This document shows positions 58,189-64,000 of a stretch of DNA of 64,000 nt, one piece after another (the first letter of the stretch is position 1; each line of letters opens with the position of its first letter). Under the pieces are notes generated by a model. It was not told the origin of the DNA. It searched no databases and was given only the letters and a program-made list of their open reading frames with translations. The stretch lies in contig DALTWF010000003.1 of assembly GCA_029987235.1 (NCBI GenBank), forward strand, positions 2,641 through 66,640, written 5' to 3'. The position numbers and the translations under genes were made by a program. Origin of the DNA: Methanocorpusculum sp. GTDB lineage: Archaea > Halobacteriota > Methanomicrobia > Methanomicrobiales > Methanocorpusculaceae.

Positions 58189-58983
58189 TTAAAGCCGGAT
58201 AACTCCGGTAAATACAGTCTCTGCTGGGCCGGTCATTAACGGGCTGTCTTTTACAGTGATGTCAAGCGGGCCGCCGACGGTTTTTACATGCACAACATCA
58301 CCGGTGACTTTGCCGCATTTTACTGCAACAAAGGCACTTGCAGTAGAACCTGTACCGCAGGAGAGTGTCTCACCTTCAACGCCACGCTCAAACGTGCGCA
58401 CGGAAATCGAATCCGCGCCGGTAACCTGAACGAAATTCACATTGGTCCCTTCCGGATAGTATTTTGCGCTTCTGATTTCGGGCGCCTCTTTCATGATATC
58501 GATTGCATCCACATCATCGACAAAAATTACCGCATGAGGCACGCCTGTGTTGCAGGAAAAAACCTGATAACCGTTGATTTTTTCGGGATTTCCCGGCTTT
58601 GCCTCGCCCATATCAATTGTTGCCATGAAGTCTCCGTCATTATCGTATCCGCAGCGCACTTTTAAGATTCCTGCTTTGGTCTCGACAAGGAATGCTTTTG
58701 TCTCGGTGTATTTGTTGTCAAACGCATATTTTGCAAGACACCTAATGCCGTTTCCACACATCTCGGCCTCGCTTCCGTCCGGCTGCATAATCATCATCTT
58801 AACTGCCGCCGCAGTGCTTTTTCCGATAAAAAGCACGCCGTCTGCGCCGATTCCGAATTTCCGGTCACAGTAGAGTTTTGCAAACTCCCCTTTCATATCA
58901 TCAGGGATGACAGGACCTTTCATTTCATCGATGAGGATGAAGTCATTGCCGTTTCCGTGCAGTTTTGTAAATGCTATTTCCAT
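58189..58983 (-). CDS. dapF: diaminopimelate epimerase
   Basis: HGNGNDF, EMCGNG, ERG..TLSCGTG. Confidence 0.96.
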   Translation of the reverse strand: MEIAFTKLHGNGNDFILIDEMKGPVIPDDMKGEFAKLYCDRKFGIGADGVLFIGKSTAAAVKMMIMQPDGSEAEMCGNGIRCLAKYAFDNKYTETKAFLVETKAGILKVRCGYDNDGDFMATIDMGEAKPGNPEKINGYQVFSCNTGVPHAVIFVDDVDAIDIMKEAPEIRSAKYYPEGTNVNFVQVTGADSISVRTFERGVEGETLSCGTGSTASAFVAVKCGKVTGDVVHVKTVGGPLDITVKDSPLMTGPAETVFTGVIRL

Positions 58984-59062
58984 ACTATATTATTAGTCGT
59001 GCATAGATTAAAGGACACGCAAATTATCTATTTCTGGAGAGCAAATAATAATCCCGTATTTC

Positions 59063-59704
59063 ATGTATAAAACCAATCGTAATCTGATATTACTTACATC
59101 GATATTTGTCGTATCGCTGGTAATTGCCAATATTCTTGCCGCTAAAGTTGTTCAAATCGGATTTATTGAAATACCGGCAGCAATAATTCTTTACCCGATA
59201 ACCTTTATCTGCACCGATGTTATAAGCGAAATCTGGGGGAAAAAAGATGCGCAGTTTGCCGTGCGGATTGGAATAATCATCCAGATATGCACTCTTATCT
59301 TTATTTACGCAGCAATATTGCTCCCCCCCGCCCCTTACATGGTCGATTTCCAGAAAGAATATGCCGATGTGTTAGGCTCAACCGCGCGCTTTGTTTCAGC
59401 ATCCTTAATTGCAGCAGTCGTGTCACAGCATCTCGATATCTTCATCTTCCATAAAATCAAAGACCGGTTCCCGAAATACAAGTGGATGAGAAATAATACA
59501 ACCATTATTTCCCAGCTTGTTGATACAACACTGTTCATAACGATTGCTTTCTTCGGTTCGGTGCCAAATATTCTTATCATGATAGCGTCGCAGTTCGTCA
59601 TCAAAATGCTGATTGCTATTGCTGATACACCGCTTTTCTATTACCTGACGCGCCACGGTCAAAAAACCGGACCGGATGATTCACAAACGCCTGCAGAAAA
59701 GTAA
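59063..59704 (+). CDS. queuosine/archaeosine precursor transporter (YhhQ/VUT family)
   Basis: YPITFICTDVISEIWG, ASLIA..SQ..D, RNN..SQLVDT. Confidence 0.88.
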   Translation: MYKTNRNLILLTSIFVVSLVIANILAAKVVQIGFIEIPAAIILYPITFICTDVISEIWGKKDAQFAVRIGIIIQICTLIFIYAAILLPPAPYMVDFQKEYADVLGSTARFVSASLIAAVVSQHLDIFIFHKIKDRFPKYKWMRNNTTIISQLVDTTLFITIAFFGSVPNILIMIASQFVIKMLIAIADTPLFYYLTRHGQKTGPDDSQTPAEK

Positions 59705-59725
59705 AGAAAATAAAAAAAAATATTT

Positions 59726-61003
59726 TTAGAGATATTCCTGGTTGTTCATATACGGACGCAGAACCTTCGGGATTTCCACGCGACCGTCTTCAAGCTGATA
59801 GTTTTCCAGAATGCAGCGAAGCGCACGCGATGTAGCAACCGCAGTGCTGTTTAAGGTGTGCAGCCACTGTTTTGATTCAAAGTCATGCGCATCGCGGACT
59901 CTGATGTTTAATCTGCATGCCTGATAGGCAGTGCAGTTGGAACAGGAAACAACCTCACGGTATTCCTGGTCTCTTGGCATCCAGGCCTCGATATCGTATT
60001 TCTTTGCAGCAACCGTTCCGATATCACCGGTGCAGATATTTACAACATGATACGGCAGACCGAGTTTGGTGAAGATTTCCTCTGCATTTGCAAGAAGTTC
60101 TTCATGGAATTTCCAGGAATCCTGGGGCATGCAGTAGATGAACTGCTCAATCTTGGTGAACTGGTGGACACGGAAGAGTCCGCGTGAGTCAAGACCATGT
60201 GCACCGATTTCGCGGCGGAAACAGGGGGAAATACCGACCATTTTCAGCGGCAGGTCTTTTTCCTCAAAGATTTCATCCTGATACATTGCTGCCATCGGAT
60301 GCTCTGCGGTTGCGATAAGGTACTCATCATCATCGGAAATCTTGTACATAACCTTCTCAAAGTCTGCAAGGTCAGTAACCTCCTCGTAGGATTTGCGGTT
60401 AATCATGTACGGCGGAATAATTGGTGTGTAGCCTTTTGCAATAATAGTGTCAAGTGCAAAGCGCTGAAGAGCTAAATCCAGCATGGCAAGGTTTCCTTTG
60501 AGGAAATAGAAACCGGAACCGGAGATTTTGGTTGCGCGTTCGAAGTCAGCCCAGCCGTGTTCTGCTGCAAGTTCCCCGTGGTTTTTGAGCTCATATGAGC
60601 GTTTTACCGGCTCGCCAACGGTTTTTACAATCACATTTTCCGTATCGTCTTTTCCATACGGAACAGATTCGTGCAGGATATTCGGAAGACGCATCAGGTA
60701 GTATTTGATGGTCTTTGATGCTTCTTCCATCTGTTCATCATTTGCCTTAATCTGAGCCGGAAGAGCCTTTGCCTCGGCAAAAAGCGGAGCACAGTCTTTA
60801 CCTTCCTTTTTCCAGGCATTAATGTCTTTTGCAATCTGGTTTCTGCGTGCGCGCAGTTCGTTATTTTTACCCTCAAGTTCGCGTTTGAGTCTGTCCTGCT
60901 CAAGAACAGTGTCAACCCATGCGAGTTTTTCTGTGTCGTGACGTTTTTCCAGGTCGGCACGAACAATTTCAGGAGTTGCCCTGACCATTTTTATATCGAG
61001 CAT
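59726..61003 (-). CDS. serS: seryl-tRNA synthetase (bacterial/standard type)
   Basis: MLDIK, LIATAE, CFRREIG, GLFRVHQF, EVVSCSNC. Confidence 0.97.
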   Translation of the reverse strand: MLDIKMVRATPEIVRADLEKRHDTEKLAWVDTVLEQDRLKRELEGKNNELRARRNQIAKDINAWKKEGKDCAPLFAEAKALPAQIKANDEQMEEASKTIKYYLMRLPNILHESVPYGKDDTENVIVKTVGEPVKRSYELKNHGELAAEHGWADFERATKISGSGFYFLKGNLAMLDLALQRFALDTIIAKGYTPIIPPYMINRKSYEEVTDLADFEKVMYKISDDDEYLIATAEHPMAAMYQDEIFEEKDLPLKMVGISPCFRREIGAHGLDSRGLFRVHQFTKIEQFIYCMPQDSWKFHEELLANAEEIFTKLGLPYHVVNICTGDIGTVAAKKYDIEAWMPRDQEYREVVSCSNCTAYQACRLNIRVRDAHDFESKQWLHTLNSTAVATSRALRCILENYQLEDGRVEIPKVLRPYMNNQEYL

Positions 61004-61140
61004 AGTTGTCTATACTATTTAGCGCTTGTAAGTGATAAAGGTAAAGACTGTATTGCACCCCTGCATAAAAGACATAGAGATTTCAAGAACCCTCATGCAC
61101 AATTTTTTTAATAGTCACGGATATACATAAATAACAGGTT

Positions 61141-63168
61141 ATGTCAGTACCCGCTCTTTCAAACCCGGTAAAAAATACAATGACAGCAGCAACAATATGT
61201 GCCGTACTTGCCGCAGTCTGCAACGGTCTTGAAACCCCGCTGAAAAAACTCTTCATGGATGAAGTCGACACCTTCATGATAATCACCTTCATATTCCTCG
61301 GCACTGCATTAGGAATGGTAATTATTTCGCTGTTTTGCCGAAAAACACCCCTCATCGATAAAACCCGCCATATCAGAAAAAGCGATACACCCATGCTTCT
61401 TGCAATTATTGCAATCACCTTCGCTGCAAATATCTTCTTATGTCTTGCCCTTAAGGAGATTTCGCCCTCAACTGTTTCGGTGCTGATGAGTCTTGAAATG
61501 GTGGCAACTGTCCTTATTTCCATTCCTGTTTTCAAGGAAAAAGTCTCCAAACGGCTCTGGATAGGTATCGTCTTTATCTTCCTTGGAAGTATTGCCCTTT
61601 CCTTTTCCGATGCATCTTCATTTGCACTCAATTTCGGTGCGGTACTTGCACTGCTTGCAGCAGTTATGTACGGTATCAGAGCAAACTGCATGAAAAAAGT
61701 ATCCGGGCGCAACCCGACCGAAGTTACAATCGTCAGGGGTGCCGGAGTTGTCCTTTGCGCGCTTCCAGTCGGAATTCTGCTTGGTGAGTCGATTCCGTCC
61801 CTGACAACCGCTCTTTTGCTCATGCTTACAGGTCTGATTACCAGCGGATGCGTCATGCTTTTTACTCTGTATGCCCAGCGTCAGCTGGGAGCGGCAAAAA
61901 CAGGAGCAATCTACGGAATTTATCCGCTTGTCGGAGCGATTGCATCGTTTATAATCTTCAGCGAAACACCGACAGTAGCATTCTTTGCAGCCCTTATCCT
62001 GATACTGCCAGGTCTGTTCTTCGCCTCAACAACCGACCCGCGCGACAATGAACAGATTGAGTCCATGACACCGGATTATACTCAGTCCCCCTTCTTTTCA
62101 ATGCTTTCGGATAAAGTCATGTCTCTTGCGCGTAATTATGTCACCGCCCTTTGTCTGCTTTTGCTTGCAGTCCCCCTTGTTATTCTGCTGTTTACCTATT
62201 TTGACGACACGGTTTCTTATACGCTGCTTTCGTTTGCCAGATTTGAACTGTCCATGCTGCCGCTTCTCCTTCCAAGCGTGTTTCTTATGCTATGCAGCAT
62301 CATTTTGCTGATTATGCGCAGACGGGCACTTTTCGGAGCATTCTTCCTCGTCTGTTCCTGTATCGGACTCATTTCTGCCATATTCTATGATACTGTATAC
62401 ATAATGGTTGTTTCCGCAACAGCCCTGTTCCTGTTTGCACTGCTGAGTCTACTTTCCGGGGAAAAATCAAAATATCTCATAGCTCTTCTCTCAGCACTCA
62501 TTGGTCTGATTACTATTCTCATTCCGTTTAAGTCCTCTGAAGCCGTAAACGGATGTCTTATCACCGTACTTTGTGTTGTTTCTTTCCTTCTTGGTTATCT
62601 TGCTCTGGTCTCTGTTTCCGAACGTCAGGCGCTACCCCTGAAAAAGTATATCACTGCAGATGGAAAATATGATTTCATCCGCTATGTTCCACCTGCTGCC
62701 TATCTCTTTGCATCGATAGCTTTTGCCATAAATTTATGTTCAAAATTCATGGAAATGGGTGCAGCAGACAGTATTGAAATACTGACGGCAGAACTAATCC
62801 TTGGAATTATGCTTGCTTTGCTCGGGGTGCTTATGCTTCTTATCGGCAAAATGCGACTGAACGGAGTGGTATTTATCGGTATGGCATTCGGATTACTCAT
62901 GAATCTGAGTTATGCAGAAACAGTTCCGTTTATTGTACCGCTGATTTTCTTTGTCCTCGGGTTGTTTGTAGTAACACACCGGTCCCAGAGACTTCTCATG
63001 TCAATATTGTTTATCGATTGCGGATTTGTGGTGCTGCTGAAGAATATGAGTTATGAGTTTCCGAATGTATCGATAGTGCTTACTATCCTGCTTGCATTGT
63101 GCATTTGTATTTCCTTGTATCTTTCCTTTGCCATAGTCTCGGAAAAGCCGAATTTGCCGCTGTTTTAA
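61141..63168 (+). CDS. DMT/EamA transporter fused to an additional multi-TM domain
   Basis: Two EamA-like repeats in the first ~300 aa, then ~350 aa of further hydrophobic helices. Confidence 0.7.
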   Translation: MSVPALSNPVKNTMTAATICAVLAAVCNGLETPLKKLFMDEVDTFMIITFIFLGTALGMVIISLFCRKTPLIDKTRHIRKSDTPMLLAIIAITFAANIFLCLALKEISPSTVSVLMSLEMVATVLISIPVFKEKVSKRLWIGIVFIFLGSIALSFSDASSFALNFGAVLALLAAVMYGIRANCMKKVSGRNPTEVTIVRGAGVVLCALPVGILLGESIPSLTTALLLMLTGLITSGCVMLFTLYAQRQLGAAKTGAIYGIYPLVGAIASFIIFSETPTVAFFAALILILPGLFFASTTDPRDNEQIESMTPDYTQSPFFSMLSDKVMSLARNYVTALCLLLLAVPLVILLFTYFDDTVSYTLLSFARFELSMLPLLLPSVFLMLCSIILLIMRRRALFGAFFLVCSCIGLISAIFYDTVYIMVVSATALFLFALLSLLSGEKSKYLIALLSALIGLITILIPFKSSEAVNGCLITVLCVVSFLLGYLALVSVSERQALPLKKYITADGKYDFIRYVPPAAYLFASIAFAINLCSKFMEMGAADSIEILTAELILGIMLALLGVLMLLIGKMRLNGVVFIGMAFGLLMNLSYAETVPFIVPLIFFVLGLFVVTHRSQRLLMSILFIDCGFVVLLKNMSYEFPNVSIVLTILLALCICISLYLSFAIVSEKPNLPLF

Positions 63169-63481
63169 TCACTTTTTTTATAATATTTTTGTGCCGAAAA
63201 CAGGGTTGTTCTGGAAAACTGAATAATCGCTTTCGTGTTGGAAGTGACGTCAAATTACTACTAAACAGTATACGTGCATCCTGAGGTATTTGAGCACCTG
63301 CAACGAAGAGGGAAATCCTGGCAAAAAAAAACCACATACCAACCCAAAAGTGGTGTTGCACACACACAATTTCCATTGTAATGTAAACTTTATTCTGCTC
63401 CACATAAAAATGAGTGAGTAATACAAACCGGACAAAACACCAGCCAAAAATTTTCAAAAAAATCAGGGAGGAAAAGAGAAG

Positions 63482-64000
63482 TTAGTTATCTTTAGCCCGG
63501 TACTGGTGAACAGTGCCCGCCGCTTCAAGCCTGCCGTCCGGATTTATCCGCGACACCGCCCCATGACCGCAGGCGATTAACAACCGGCGACCGTCCTTAT
63601 TTAATGCCGCCTCCATCTCAAGCGCAAGACGCGTCAGTTCACGCCGTTCAATACGAGCGATGTCGCTGTTTACATTAACCGAACCAATCATAGAATCCGC
63701 AACCGAACAGTAATCCGCACGCGCTTTGGAAAGACTTGCAAAGTTGAACAGCGCATCACTGGTGAAAAGCAGCCCAAGCTTTTCTTCATAAAGAAAAATC
63801 TGCCCCGCGATATGACCGCCGAGACTTTCCCAGATTTCAAAATGCATACCGGCAAAATCAAGCGTGTCAATCACGGAAAAGAGCCCGCGTTTTGCAATTT
63901 CTTTCGTACGGCAAAGCCGTACTGTATCAGGCACATACATCCGGGAAAAAGTATTGATTGCAGTTGTATATGCTTTTTCAAGAAGCTCAAGCGAATTTTC
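63482..64000 (-). CDS. metallo-beta-lactamase-fold protein, C-terminal part (probably truncated by the window edge)
   Basis: GGHIAGQ, LFTSD, CGHG motifs. Confidence 0.6.
   Translation of the reverse strand, partial: ENSLELLEKAYTTAINTFSRMYVPDTVRLCRTKEIAKRGLFSVIDTLDFAGMHFEIWESLGGHIAGQIFLYEEKLGLLFTSDALFNFASLSKARADYCSVADSMIGSVNVNSDIARIERRELTRLALEMEAALNKDGRRLLIACGHGAVSRINPDGRLEAAGTVHQYRAKDN

Overview
Chromosomal segment of a methanogenic archaeon, most consistent with Methanomicrobiales such as Methanocorpusculum (inferred from gene content and protein style, not searched). The flanks carry housekeeping genes: glyS, hef, korDABC-sucCD-dacZ, desulfoferrodoxin, secG, dapF, serS and transporters. 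Between them lies an apparently complete 34.7 kb siphovirus-like provirus (21181-55891). Main observations: (1) The provirus inserted in the 7-nt anticodon loop of a host tRNA-Leu(CAG), left it split into two halves 34.7 kb apart, and carries its own intact, different tRNA-Leu(CAG) 58 nt behind the host 5' half. (2) A diversity-generating retroelement (tail-fibre target VR, TR, RT, no visible avd) sits in the tail module, and its TR shows signs of adenine loss. (3) An 870-nt stretch next to the integrase holds two heavily base-paired RNA-like units, each followed by the same 31-bp repeat, which resembles the 3' end of the putative repressor gene. (4) Also present are a MuF head protein with a toxin-like HExxH extension and a small candidate immunity gene, a symmetric divergent RHH switch, an iteron-rich putative origin and a -1 frameshift signal in the tail chaperone. 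All calls come from reading the sequence by eye; no searches or folding programs were run.
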